Of a DNA stretch of 29,837 nt, positions 9,529 to 18,233 are shown in pieces; the first letter of the stretch is position 1, and every line of letters begins with the position of its first letter. Position numbers and translations under genes: made by a program. Origin of the DNA: an uncultured Bacteroidales bacterium (GTDB taxonomy: Bacteria; Bacteroidota; Bacteroidia; Bacteroidales; ML635J-15). Below the pieces are notes generated by a model. That model did no database searches and was not told the origin of the DNA. It saw only the letters and a list, made by a program, of their open reading frames with translations. The stretch spans positions 10,949-40,785 of the forward strand of contig CAYJBL010000002.1 of assembly GCA_964368115.1 (NCBI GenBank). The letters run 5' to 3'.

Positions 9529-10152
9529 TTATTCCTTTACCCAAGCATTAATTATTTTACCTACGTACATTTTATGATAATCCTTTTCTGGATAATATTG
9601 CTTATAAATTGAACTATCTATGAAGGCATCTTCTTTTAAGTAGTCTGCATATACTTTTTGACATTCAATCACTAATCTAGCTTGTTCATAGTATATATTC
9701 CCTAATTCAGTTTCAAGAGGAATTAAGCCTGTTTCTTTGATTTTATCACAGTCTTTTCCTGATTTAGTCCCACAGAATTGTAAAATATCCCGATCTTTCT
9801 CTTCAAATATTGAGATTGTAAAGTAATCATCCTTTTCTGTAAAATTAAATGTGTGTCGTTGAGGGCGAACAAAAGTGAAAATAACAGGCTCGTTCCATAA
9901 AAATCCCATTGTTCCCCAGCTAGCTGTCATCATATTAAAATCATCTTTTTTTCCTGCACTAAGTAGCATCCAATCATGTCCTATCATTTGAACAGCGTTG
10001 TCGCTAATTTTTTTAGGATCGATTTTTTTGAATGTTTTGTTGGTACTTTCAGTCTGAATGTCTTTAGAACTGCTTGCTTGTTGTTCGTTTTCTTGTTTTT
10101 GTGCACAGCTAAAGCATAATGCTAAAGCTAAAACTAATGCTAAATTTTTCAT
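9529..10152 (-). CDS. Flavin reductase-like (FMN-binding split barrel) protein with lipoprotein signal peptide
   Basis: Family motifs WMLLSAG...NMMTASWG, FVRPQRHT, CGTKSGKD.DK, ARLVIEC and H.MYVGKI are present. The N-terminus MKNLALVLALALCFSC is lipobox-like. Confidence 0.85.
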   Translation of the reverse strand: MKNLALVLALALCFSCAQKQENEQQASSSKDIQTESTNKTFKKIDPKKISDNAVQMIGHDWMLLSAGKKDDFNMMTASWGTMGFLWNEPVIFTFVRPQRHTFNFTEKDDYFTISIFEEKDRDILQFCGTKSGKDCDKIKETGLIPLETELGNIYYEQARLVIECQKVYADYLKEDAFIDSSIYKQYYPEKDYHKMYVGKIINAWVKE

Positions 10153-10175
10153 ATTTATGTATTTATTGTTAAATG

Positions 10176-10183
10176 CGAATATA
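10176..10183 (-). promoter_or_regulatory. Possible -7 element (TATATTCG) for the minus-strand flavin reductase gene
   Basis: The minus strand reads TATATTCGCA, a one-mismatch TAnnTTTG variant about 24 nt upstream of the ATG at 10152. Confidence 0.35.
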
Positions 10184-10210
10184 TATATAATATGTAAGAA
10201 TCTACTTTCG

Positions 10211-10241
10211 TTTGCATATTAATGAAAATTATTTAAATTTG
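10211..10241 (+). promoter_or_regulatory. Bacteroidota housekeeping promoter (-33 TTTG / -7 TAnnTTTG)
   Basis: TTTG at 10211-10214, a 19-nt spacer, then TAAATTTG at 10234-10241. Confidence 0.75.
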
Positions 10242-10245
10242 TCGC

Positions 10246-11007
10246 ATGAATAAAAAGTACATATTGTTGATATTTGCAGGGTTACTGTTTTTTACTTCTA
10301 ATAAATTAAGTGCACAGATAAAAGATAGCACAATAAATATATGGCAATTTGAAATAAACTATTCATTTCAATTCCCAGGAGGTGACATGGCAGAAAGGTT
10401 TGGGCCAAACTCTACAGTAGGAGCAGGGCTTACCTATAAAACTAAATTAAATTATACATTTGGATTTGAAGTAGGATACTTATTTGGTTCTGATATTAAG
10501 GACGGAACTACAATTTTAGATGCTCTTAAAACTGAAACAGGGCAGATAATAAATGAATATGGAGAATATGGATCTATATTATTGTCAGAAAGAGGATTCT
10601 ATTCTGGAGTCAAATTTGGTAAACTTTTCCCTATATTAGCGCCAAATCCAAACTCTGGATTTATTGTAAATATAGGAGCTGGCTTATTGCAGCATCATAT
10701 CAGAATAGAAAATAAGGATAATAATACACCTCCAGTACTTGGGGATTATAAGAAAGGTTACGATAGGTTAACAAACGGCTTATGCCTACGCGAATTTGTA
10801 GGGTATCAGTTTTTAAGTAATAATAATACTGTGAATGTTTATGCTGGCTTTGAATTTTATCAAGCTTGGACAATGAACAGACGAGATATTGATTTTGATA
10901 CAATGAAAAAAGATAATACAAAGCGAAATGATTATCTTTATGGAATACGTATAGGACTAATACTACCAATATATAGAAGAACCCCTGATCAATACTATTA
11001 TTACTAA
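10246..11007 (+). CDS. Hypothetical exported protein, probably an outer-membrane beta-barrel
   Basis: Signal peptide ends LSA-Q. Amphipathic Gly/aromatic-rich strands are present (VGAGLTYK, FGFEVGYLFG, VYAGFEFYQ, YGIRIGLILP), and the C-terminus is aromatic (QYYYY). Confidence 0.65.
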   Translation: MNKKYILLIFAGLLFFTSNKLSAQIKDSTINIWQFEINYSFQFPGGDMAERFGPNSTVGAGLTYKTKLNYTFGFEVGYLFGSDIKDGTTILDALKTETGQIINEYGEYGSILLSERGFYSGVKFGKLFPILAPNPNSGFIVNIGAGLLQHHIRIENKDNNTPPVLGDYKKGYDRLTNGLCLREFVGYQFLSNNNTVNVYAGFEFYQAWTMNRRDIDFDTMKKDNTKRNDYLYGIRIGLILPIYRRTPDQYYYY

Positions 11008-11008
11008 T

Positions 11009-12199
11009 ATGTTTTTCTATCAACTATTTACAAGAATATATTTTTTATTAATAAAAATTGCCTCATATTTTAAGCTTAATTCAAAAGCAAGAAAAATGAT
11101 TGAAGGGAGAAAATTTGGGAAACAAAAATTACTGTCTCAAATCAAAAGAAATGAAAAATATGTATGGGTACATTGTGCTTCACTAGGAGAGTTCGAGCAA
11201 GGTAGACCACTTATCGAGAAAATAAAAAAAGAAACATCTTATAAAATAGTATTAAGTTTTTTTAGTTCAAGTGGATATGAAATAAGAAAAAATTATGAGC
11301 ATGCTGACATTATATGTTATTTGCCATTTGATACGCAAAAAAATGCGAGTGATTTTATTAATACAATTAATCCGAAGTTTGCGATATTTGTAAAATATGA
11401 AATTTGGTATTACATGCTAAAAACTCTTTCGCAGAGAAAAATTCCTAGTTATTTAATTTCTGGGATACAATATCTAAGTAGTTTGAAAAGCTTTTCACAC
11501 ATTTTCTTGCAAAATGGGTTATCTGAGGAAATACTAAAAAAGAATGGAATAACTGAAACATCTGTATTTGGGGATACGAGAGCAGATAGAGTTTTTATGG
11601 CAGCGAAAGAAGATTTTGAGAATGAATATTTATTGCGATTTTCAAAAGAGCGTCCAACAATAGTATGTGGAAGTACTTGGGCAAAAGACGAATCGTTACT
11701 TAGTTGTATTCCACAAAATAATTTGCCGTGGAATTTAATAGTCGCTCCACATGAGATAGAAGAACATCATTTATGTGAAATAGAATCAAAATTTGGACAT
11801 GGTGCAGTGCGTTTATCGAAAATAAAAAATACAGACCCTAAATTAGTGAAAACTATTATTGTTGATTCTATTGGCATACTATCGAAGTTATACAGATTTG
11901 GACGAATCGCCTATATAGGTGGAGGCTTTGGAAAGGGTATTCATAATACTTTGGAAGCAGCAGCATATGGAATACCAATATTTTTTGGGCCAAATTATAA
12001 GAAATTTAATGAAGCTATCGACTTAATAAATATTGAAGCAGCTTTTTGTATTCAGTCTAGTTTGGAATTACAAAGCCTTATTGTAAAAATATTTAGCGAC
12101 GATAAATTGGCTGAAAAAATAGCACATAACGCGTATGCTTATATTCAAAAATCATTAGGTGCAACTGACCTAATTTTTGAAAGAATATTTCTGAAATAA
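11009..12199 (+). CDS. waaA: 3-deoxy-D-manno-octulosonic acid (Kdo) transferase
   Basis: Motifs WVHCASLGEFEQGRPLI, FFSSSGYE, YLPFDT, FVKYEIW, GDTR.DRV, GSTW, APHE and YIGGGFGKGIHNTLEAAAYG.P..FGPNY. Confidence 0.93.
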   Translation: MFFYQLFTRIYFLLIKIASYFKLNSKARKMIEGRKFGKQKLLSQIKRNEKYVWVHCASLGEFEQGRPLIEKIKKETSYKIVLSFFSSSGYEIRKNYEHADIICYLPFDTQKNASDFINTINPKFAIFVKYEIWYYMLKTLSQRKIPSYLISGIQYLSSLKSFSHIFLQNGLSEEILKKNGITETSVFGDTRADRVFMAAKEDFENEYLLRFSKERPTIVCGSTWAKDESLLSCIPQNNLPWNLIVAPHEIEEHHLCEIESKFGHGAVRLSKIKNTDPKLVKTIIVDSIGILSKLYRFGRIAYIGGGFGKGIHNTLEAAAYGIPIFFGPNYKKFNEAIDLINIEAAFCIQSSLELQSLIVKIFSDDKLAEKIAHNAYAYIQKSLGATDLIFERIFLK

Positions 12200-12241
12200 C
12201 TAAAAGAATATTTTTTTTTACGTTGCAATAACAATAAATGC

Positions 12242-12500
12242 TGTTAATAACTTTTCTTTATACTATCGTTGTAATATCTTAACGTATTGATAGTGAGAAA
12301 TATATTGTATATTAATTTGTAGGCATACAAGCATTAACTGAAGATGTTAATAAAGTAAAAAAAAACCTCTAAAATGGTAAAAAATCAACTGATTGTTTGT
12401 TAATATCTTTTTCCAATAAATTTGATGAATAGAGTTAAAAGTGCTGATTGTTAGCGGTATACCTCTATGTGCTTGAGACGTATAATAGCGCTGTTAAAAA
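12242..12500 (+). promoter_or_regulatory. Cluster of TGTTAAWAA (DnaA-box-like) direct repeats and a candidate -7 promoter upstream of nrdJ
   Basis: TGTTAATAA at 12242 and 12345, TGTTAATAT at 12398 and TGTTAAAAA at 12492. A TAAATTTG -7 element lies at 12417-12424. Confidence 0.45.
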
Positions 12501-12589
12501 CTAAGATTAAATATTTTTTAGAAATGTGGTAATTTAGCACCACGAAAAATTTGAAAGATAAAACCAAAATTATAATCAAGCAGAAAACT

Positions 12590-15010
12590 ATGAATAGTTC
12601 CGAACTACTAGAGCAAGTGAGAAATGAAGTGAAAAGTAAAATATTTACTGACTCCGAAGCAATGCAAGCGAGTGAAGAGTACTTTAAAGGAGACTCTTTA
12701 GCTGCGCGTGTTTGGATCAATAAGTATGCATTAAAAGACTCAGAAGGCAATCTATATGAATTGACTCCTGATGATATGCATCGTAGAATTGCAAGAGAAA
12801 TTGCAAGAGTAGAATCTAAGTATCAAAATCCTATGTCGGAAACTTTGATATTTGATTTGTTAAAAAACTTTAATAATATCGTTCCACAAGGTGGTCCAAT
12901 GTCTGGTATTGGAAACAATATGCAAATTGTTTCGCTTTCAAATTGTTTTGTAATAGGGCACGATAAAGTTACTGACTCGTATGGTGGAATATTAAAAATA
13001 GACCAAGAACAAGTTCAATTAATGAAAAGACGTGGTGGCGTAGGACACGACCTTTCTCATTTAAGACCAAAAGGTTCGGTAGTAAAGAACTCTGCATTAT
13101 CCTCAACAGGTATAGTGCCTTTCATGGAGAGATACTCAAACACGACGCGTGAAGTAGCTCAAGATGGAAGACGCGGGGCATTGATGTTAAGTGTTTCAAT
13201 TAAACATCCAGATAGCGAAGATTTCATAGATGCAAAATTAGCAGAAGGAAAAGTTACAGGAGCAAATGTGTCTGTGAAGATTACAGATGAATTTATGAAT
13301 GCTGTAATAAATAATGATAAATTTTTTCAGCAGTACCCAATAGATTCAAAAAATCCAAAGCACACAAAAGAAGTAGACCCAACAAAAATTTGGAAAAAAA
13401 TTATTCATAACGCATGGAGATCAGCTGAACCAGGAATTCTGTTTTGGGATACAATAATCAGAGAATCAGTAGCAGATTGTTATGCAAATTATGGATATAG
13501 AACAGTATCAACAAATCCTTGTGGTGAAATTCCGTTGTGTCCGTACGACTCATGCCGCTTATTGGCAATCAATCTATATTCTTATGTTGAAAATCCGTTT
13601 TCAAAAAACACAAAATTTAATTTTGAGAAATTCAAACAACATGTAGGATATGCACAAAGAATAATGGATGATATCATTGATTTGGAATTGGAGAAAATTG
13701 ATTCTATAATTGCAAAAATCAACTCTGATCCAGAGGATATTGAAATAAAAAGAGTAGAAAGGAGATTGTGGGAAAATATTAGAAAGAAAGCTGCAGAAGG
13801 AAGACGTACAGGAGTTGGAATTACAGCAGAAGGAGATATGCTTGCAGCATTAAACCTTACTTATGGTTCTGACGAAGCAATCGAATTTGCAACAGAAGTA
13901 CATAAAGTATTGGCGATAGAAGCATATAGAGCTAGTGTTGAATTAGCAAAAGAACGTGGCCCTTTCGAAATTTATGATGCACAGTTAGAAAAAAATAATC
14001 CTTTTATTTTGAGAATAAAAGATGCTGACCCTAAACTTATCGAAGAAATGGAGGAGTACGGAAGAAGAAATATTTCTTTACTTACAATAGCTCCGACAGG
14101 TACTACAAGCCTAATGACTCAAACAACATCGGGTATTGAACCAGTCTTTAGACCGTTTTATATTCGACGCAGAAAAGTAAATCCAAATGATCCAGAAATA
14201 AGAGTAGATTATGTTGATGAACAAGGAGATAAGTGGGAAGAATATAAAGTATTTCATCACAAATTCATCACTTGGTTAAAAATCAAAGGATACGATGTTG
14301 AGAAAGTAAAAAAATATGAATTAAGTAAAATAAATGAATTAGTTGCGAAATCTCCATACTATAAAGCAACCTCAGAAGATATTGATTATATATCTAAAGT
14401 GAAAATGCAAGGATCTATTCAAAAATGGGTAGACCATAGTATTAGTGTGACTATCAATATGCCAGAAAATGTATCAGAGGAAACTGTGGCAAAATGTTAT
14501 TTAGAGGCGTGGAAGTCAGGCTGCAAAGGGATTACTGTTTATCGCGAAGGTTCAAGAGAAGGAGTCTTGGTATCTCAGAAAGATGAGAAAGAAACAAAGG
14601 TGAAAATGGCAGAGGCAAAACGCCCAAAAACACTTGAAGCAGACATCGTGAGATTCCAAAATAATAAAGAAAAGTGGATTGCCTTTATAGGAATTCTTAA
14701 TGACACTCCATACGAAATATTTACTGGTAGAATTGAAGATGATGTTTTACAAATACCGAATTCAATAGAGAAAGGAAAAATTATAAAAGAAAGACTTGAA
14801 GACGGAACACCAAGATATGATTTTCAATATAAAAATAAATATGGGTATGTTACTACATTTGAAGGTTTGTCTCATATATTTGATAAAACATATTGGAATT
14901 ATGCAAAATTGATTTCGAGTGTACTACGTCATGGTATGTCAATAGAAAAAGTAGTAGATTTAGTTTCGTCGCTTGATATGGATAGTGATAATATCAATAC
15001 ATGGAATTGA
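12590..15010 (+). CDS. nrdJ: Adenosylcobalamin-dependent (class II) ribonucleotide reductase, main reading frame; ends prematurely at a frameshift
   Basis: Motifs LAARVWINKYALK, SLSNCFV, VAQDGRRGALM, AWRSAEPG, TNPCGEIPL (thiyl-radical Cys), TIAPTGTTS and GCKGITVYREGSR. The start is uncertain (ATG 12590 or GTG 12629). The stop TGA at 15008 precedes the conserved Cys-rich tail. Confidence 0.93.
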   Translation: MNSSELLEQVRNEVKSKIFTDSEAMQASEEYFKGDSLAARVWINKYALKDSEGNLYELTPDDMHRRIAREIARVESKYQNPMSETLIFDLLKNFNNIVPQGGPMSGIGNNMQIVSLSNCFVIGHDKVTDSYGGILKIDQEQVQLMKRRGGVGHDLSHLRPKGSVVKNSALSSTGIVPFMERYSNTTREVAQDGRRGALMLSVSIKHPDSEDFIDAKLAEGKVTGANVSVKITDEFMNAVINNDKFFQQYPIDSKNPKHTKEVDPTKIWKKIIHNAWRSAEPGILFWDTIIRESVADCYANYGYRTVSTNPCGEIPLCPYDSCRLLAINLYSYVENPFSKNTKFNFEKFKQHVGYAQRIMDDIIDLELEKIDSIIAKINSDPEDIEIKRVERRLWENIRKKAAEGRRTGVGITAEGDMLAALNLTYGSDEAIEFATEVHKVLAIEAYRASVELAKERGPFEIYDAQLEKNNPFILRIKDADPKLIEEMEEYGRRNISLLTIAPTGTTSLMTQTTSGIEPVFRPFYIRRRKVNPNDPEIRVDYVDEQGDKWEEYKVFHHKFITWLKIKGYDVEKVKKYELSKINELVAKSPYYKATSEDIDYISKVKMQGSIQKWVDHSISVTINMPENVSEETVAKCYLEAWKSGCKGITVYREGSREGVLVSQKDEKETKVKMAEAKRPKTLEADIVRFQNNKEKWIAFIGILNDTPYEIFTGRIEDDVLQIPNSIEKGKIIKERLEDGTPRYDFQYKNKYGYVTTFEGLSHIFDKTYWNYAKLISSVLRHGMSIEKVVDLVSSLDMDSDNINTWN

Positions 15011-15155
15011 AAGGGCGCTAAGAAAATATATTCCTAATGGAACAAAAGCATCTAAAAAAGGAATAAAATGTCCAAATTGCTGTCAAGAAGATACGCTAGT
15101 GTATCAGGATGGATGCGTAATTTGTTCGGATTGTGGATATTCTAAATGTGGATAA
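15003..15155 (+). pseudogene. nrdJ: Out-of-frame C-terminal Zn-ribbon/Cys tail of NrdJ (+1 frame)
   Basis: GIERALRKYIPNG...KCPNCCQEDTLVYQDGCVICSDCGYSKCG* is the typical Bacteroidota NrdJ C-terminus, encoded in the +1 frame relative to 12590-15010. Confidence 0.85.
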
Positions 15156-15177
15156 ATAAAATAATTACTTGAATTAG

Positions 15178-15206
15178 AAAAAAGGCTACTGATGTGGCCT
15201 TTTTTT
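15178..15206 (+). terminator. Intrinsic terminator after nrdJ
   Basis: aaaaaaggctac-tgat-gtggccttttttt forms a hairpin with a U-tract about 23 nt after the stop at 15155. Confidence 0.8.
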
Positions 15207-15258
15207 GTTAAAAAAGCTTAGATTTGAAAATCAAATTTTATTATTTATACGATGTAAT

Positions 15259-15948
15259 ATGCTTTTACGATATCTGAATGATATTAGGTTTTTAATATTT
15301 CCACAATGTTGCGAAGTTTGCGGAATACCGTTGCACAATAATGAAAAAGTACTTTGCATTAAATGTCTATATAATTTACCTAGAACAGATTTTTGTACGT
15401 TAAAAGATAACCCAATAACAAATATTTTTGCTGGAAGATTAAAAATTGAAAGAGGAACAGCATTGTTTATATTTCAAAAAGGGAGTAAGTATAGAAAATT
15501 ATTACATAAGTTAAAGTATAATAATAAAGCTGAAATAGGAATAATATTAGGAAAGGAACTTGGGATTCAGATGAATAAATCTGGGAATTATCATGATATA
15601 GATTATATTATTCCCATACCTTTACACAAAACACGAGAGCGACAAAGGGGATACAATCAGAGTTTGGCAATAGCTAGAGGGTTGTCCGAAATTTTGAAAT
15701 TTCCTATAGAACATAATAATTTGGTACGTAATATTGCAACAATCACACAAACAAAAATGAACAAAGAAGAACGACAAAGAAATGTTTCAGGAAAGTTTAG
15801 TGTTCTAAATGCGTCAGAATTAGAAAATAAACATGTCTTGTTAGTTGATGATGTAGTGACTTCTGGATCAACAATTGAGGCATGTGGCGAAATTCTATTG
15901 CAAATCAAAGGGCTGAAATTAAGTATTGCGGTCTTAGCAATGGCTTAA
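15259..15948 (+). CDS. comF: ComF-family phosphoribosyltransferase with N-terminal double zinc ribbon
   Basis: Motifs FPQCCEVC...LCIKC, LLHKLKY, IIPIPLH..R..RGYNQS and PRT loop VLLVDDVVTSGST. ATG 15259 is preferred because the TTG at 15205 lies within the terminator. Confidence 0.9.
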   Translation: MLLRYLNDIRFLIFPQCCEVCGIPLHNNEKVLCIKCLYNLPRTDFCTLKDNPITNIFAGRLKIERGTALFIFQKGSKYRKLLHKLKYNNKAEIGIILGKELGIQMNKSGNYHDIDYIIPIPLHKTRERQRGYNQSLAIARGLSEILKFPIEHNNLVRNIATITQTKMNKEERQRNVSGKFSVLNASELENKHVLLVDDVVTSGSTIEACGEILLQIKGLKLSIAVLAMA

Positions 15949-16086
15949 TATTACAGCAATAGGTCAAATATGCCCCAACTTATTTAGAATAAAAATAAAT
16001 AATTTAAATATGGTATTAATTGTTTTTAGTCTCAAAAAAAAGTCGTTTTTTTGGGGATTAAAATGTAGAATAAAACACATATAATT

Positions 16087-16314
16087 ATGGCAAAAATTAG
16101 AGGAGCTATTGTGGTTGACGTTGAGGCATGTAAAGGCTGTGGAGTATGTATTCCAGCTTGCCCACAAGACGTATTAGACTTAGCTAAAGAAGTTAACGGT
16201 AAAGGATATAACTATTCTTATATGAAAAATCCAGAATCATGCATAGGTTGCCAAAATTGCGCAATAGTTTGTCCTGATGGAGTTATATCTGTTTATAAGG
16301 TTAAAATAGCCTGA
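16087..16314 (+). CDS. 2x[4Fe-4S] ferredoxin (delta) subunit of 2-oxoacid:ferredoxin oxidoreductase
   Basis: Motifs CKGCGVCIPACP and CIGCQNCAIVCP; first gene of the operon. Confidence 0.92.
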   Translation: MAKIRGAIVVDVEACKGCGVCIPACPQDVLDLAKEVNGKGYNYSYMKNPESCIGCQNCAIVCPDGVISVYKVKIA

Positions 16315-16339
16315 TTTAATCACATAAAAATTGAGAAAA

Positions 16340-17425
16340 ATGGAAAAAGAATTAAGATTAATGAAAGGTAATGAAGCAATAGCAGAAGCAGCTATTCGCT
16401 TTGGGGTTGATGCGTATTTTGGTTATCCAATTACACCTCAATCTGAAGTTATCGAATACTTAATGGCAGAAAAGCCACACGAAAGAACAGGTATGGTTGT
16501 TTTGCAAGCAGAAAGTGAAGTCGCAGCAATAAATATGGTTTATGGAGCAGCTTCATGTGGTAGAATGACAATGACCTCTTCGTCAAGTCCTGGTATTAGT
16601 TTAAAGCAAGAAGGAATATCATATATTGCAGGAGCAGAGCTTCCTTGTTTGATATTAAATGTTGTTAGAGGAGGGCCAGGCTTAGGAACAATTCAACCTT
16701 CGCAGTCAGATTATTTCCAATCAACAAAAGGAGGAGGGCATGGCGATTATAGAATGATCGTAATTGCGCCAGCTTCTGTTCAGGAAATGTACGACTCTGT
16801 TGAATTAGGTTTCAATCTTGCATTCAAATATCGTAATCCAGTTATGATTCAGGCAGATGGTATCATTGGCCAGATGATGGAAAAAGTAGAAATTGGTGAG
16901 CAAAAACAAAGAAGAGATCCAGCAGATATCGCTAAACAATGTCCTTGGGCTGTAGTTGGAAAACCTGCATCTCGTGAACGTAATGTTATTACATCGCTTG
17001 ATTTGATAGCATCAAGACAAGAGGAATTTAATAGAAAGTTGATCGTAAAGTATAACGAGATAAAAGAAAATGAAGTAAGATATGAAATGATAAACTGTGA
17101 AGATGCGGATTATATTATGGTAGCTTATGGATCTTCTGCTCGTATATGTATGAAAGCTATGGATATTGCAAGAAGTAAAGGAATAAAAGTAGGTATATTT
17201 AGACTAATAACTTTGTTCCCATTTCCTTCAAAACAATTATTCGAGTTAGCGGATAAAGTAAAAGGAATGCTTGCAGTAGAAATGAGTGCAGGACAGATGG
17301 TAGAAGATGTACAACTTGCAACAAAATTCAAAGTGCCAGTAGAGCATTTTGGACGTCTTGGTGGAGTTATACCATCGCCAGAAGAGATAATAGAAGCTTT
17401 ACAACAAAAAATAATAGGAGGTTAA
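16340..17425 (+). CDS. vorB: 2-oxoacid:ferredoxin oxidoreductase alpha subunit (VorB / 2-oxoisovalerate type)
   Basis: Motifs LMKGNEAIAEAAI, YFGYPITPQSE, QAESEVAAINMVYGA, TSSSSPGISLKQEG, RGGPGLGTIQPSQSDY and VEMSAGQMVEDV. Confidence 0.9.
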   Translation: MEKELRLMKGNEAIAEAAIRFGVDAYFGYPITPQSEVIEYLMAEKPHERTGMVVLQAESEVAAINMVYGAASCGRMTMTSSSSPGISLKQEGISYIAGAELPCLILNVVRGGPGLGTIQPSQSDYFQSTKGGGHGDYRMIVIAPASVQEMYDSVELGFNLAFKYRNPVMIQADGIIGQMMEKVEIGEQKQRRDPADIAKQCPWAVVGKPASRERNVITSLDLIASRQEEFNRKLIVKYNEIKENEVRYEMINCEDADYIMVAYGSSARICMKAMDIARSKGIKVGIFRLITLFPFPSKQLFELADKVKGMLAVEMSAGQMVEDVQLATKFKVPVEHFGRLGGVIPSPEEIIEALQQKIIGG

Positions 17426-17428
17426 ATC

Positions 17429-18229
17429 ATGTCTGAAATAACATTACAAGATATAATCAAAGAAGAAAACCTTGTGTATTCAAAAAGCAAGGTAATGACA
17501 GATACAACATTGAGCTATTGCCCTGGTTGTGGCCATGGAACTGCTCATAGACTTATTGCAGAAGTAATAGAAGAAATGGATATTCAAGAACAAACAATTG
17601 GGGTTTCTCCAGTAGGATGTTCTGTGTTAATGTATAATTTTTTAGATATTGACTTTCAACAAGCTGCGCACGGAAGAGCTCCAGCGGTTGCTACTGCAAT
17701 AAAAAGAATAATGCCAGAAAAATATGTTTTTACATACCAAGGTGATGGCGATCTTGCAGCAATCGGAACTGCCGAAACAATTCATGCTTGTAACAGAGGC
17801 GAAAATATAACAATTATTTTTGTAAACAATGGTATATATGGTATGACTGGAGGTCAAATGGCTCCAACTACATTACCTGGAATGCCAGCATCAACTTGTC
17901 CATATGGTAGAGATGTTGAAATGATGGGAAATCCATTGAAAATCACAGAATTATTAGCGCAATTGGATGGTGTTCATTATGTAGCACGTCATAGTGTACA
18001 TACGCCAGTAAATGTTAGAAAAACCAAAAAAGCAATAAGACAAGCCTTTGAAAATCAAAAATTGAACAAAGGAGTTTCATTTATTGAAATAGTATCAAAT
18101 TGTAACTCTGGTTGGAAATTACCACCTGTAAAAGCGAATGAATGGATGGTAGAAAATATGTTTCCATTCTATCCACTTGGAGATATAAAAGTAGATGGCA
18201 AAATAGTTAAGCAACTTATTAATATTTAA
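17429..18229 (+). CDS. 2-oxoacid:ferredoxin oxidoreductase beta (TPP-binding) subunit
   Basis: Motifs YCPGCGHG, VGCS, AHGRAPAVAT and TPP motif GDGDLAAIG...NNGIYGMTGGQMAPTT. Confidence 0.92.
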   Translation: MSEITLQDIIKEENLVYSKSKVMTDTTLSYCPGCGHGTAHRLIAEVIEEMDIQEQTIGVSPVGCSVLMYNFLDIDFQQAAHGRAPAVATAIKRIMPEKYVFTYQGDGDLAAIGTAETIHACNRGENITIIFVNNGIYGMTGGQMAPTTLPGMPASTCPYGRDVEMMGNPLKITELLAQLDGVHYVARHSVHTPVNVRKTKKAIRQAFENQKLNKGVSFIEIVSNCNSGWKLPPVKANEWMVENMFPFYPLGDIKVDGKIVKQLINI

Positions 18230-18233
18230 GATT

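Noticed and set aside
12200..12589. Cobalamin riboswitch, NrdR box or oriC upstream of nrdJ
   Set aside because: No B12-box or GC-rich stems and no convincing NrdR palindrome are visible. Gene orientation does not switch here, so oriC is unsupported; only the DnaA-box-like repeats are retained.
14973..15002. Independent 60-aa gene starting MIWIVIISIH
   Set aside because: The first ten residues are the off-frame reading of nrdJ, and homology begins only at GIERAL. It is treated as the frameshifted tail.
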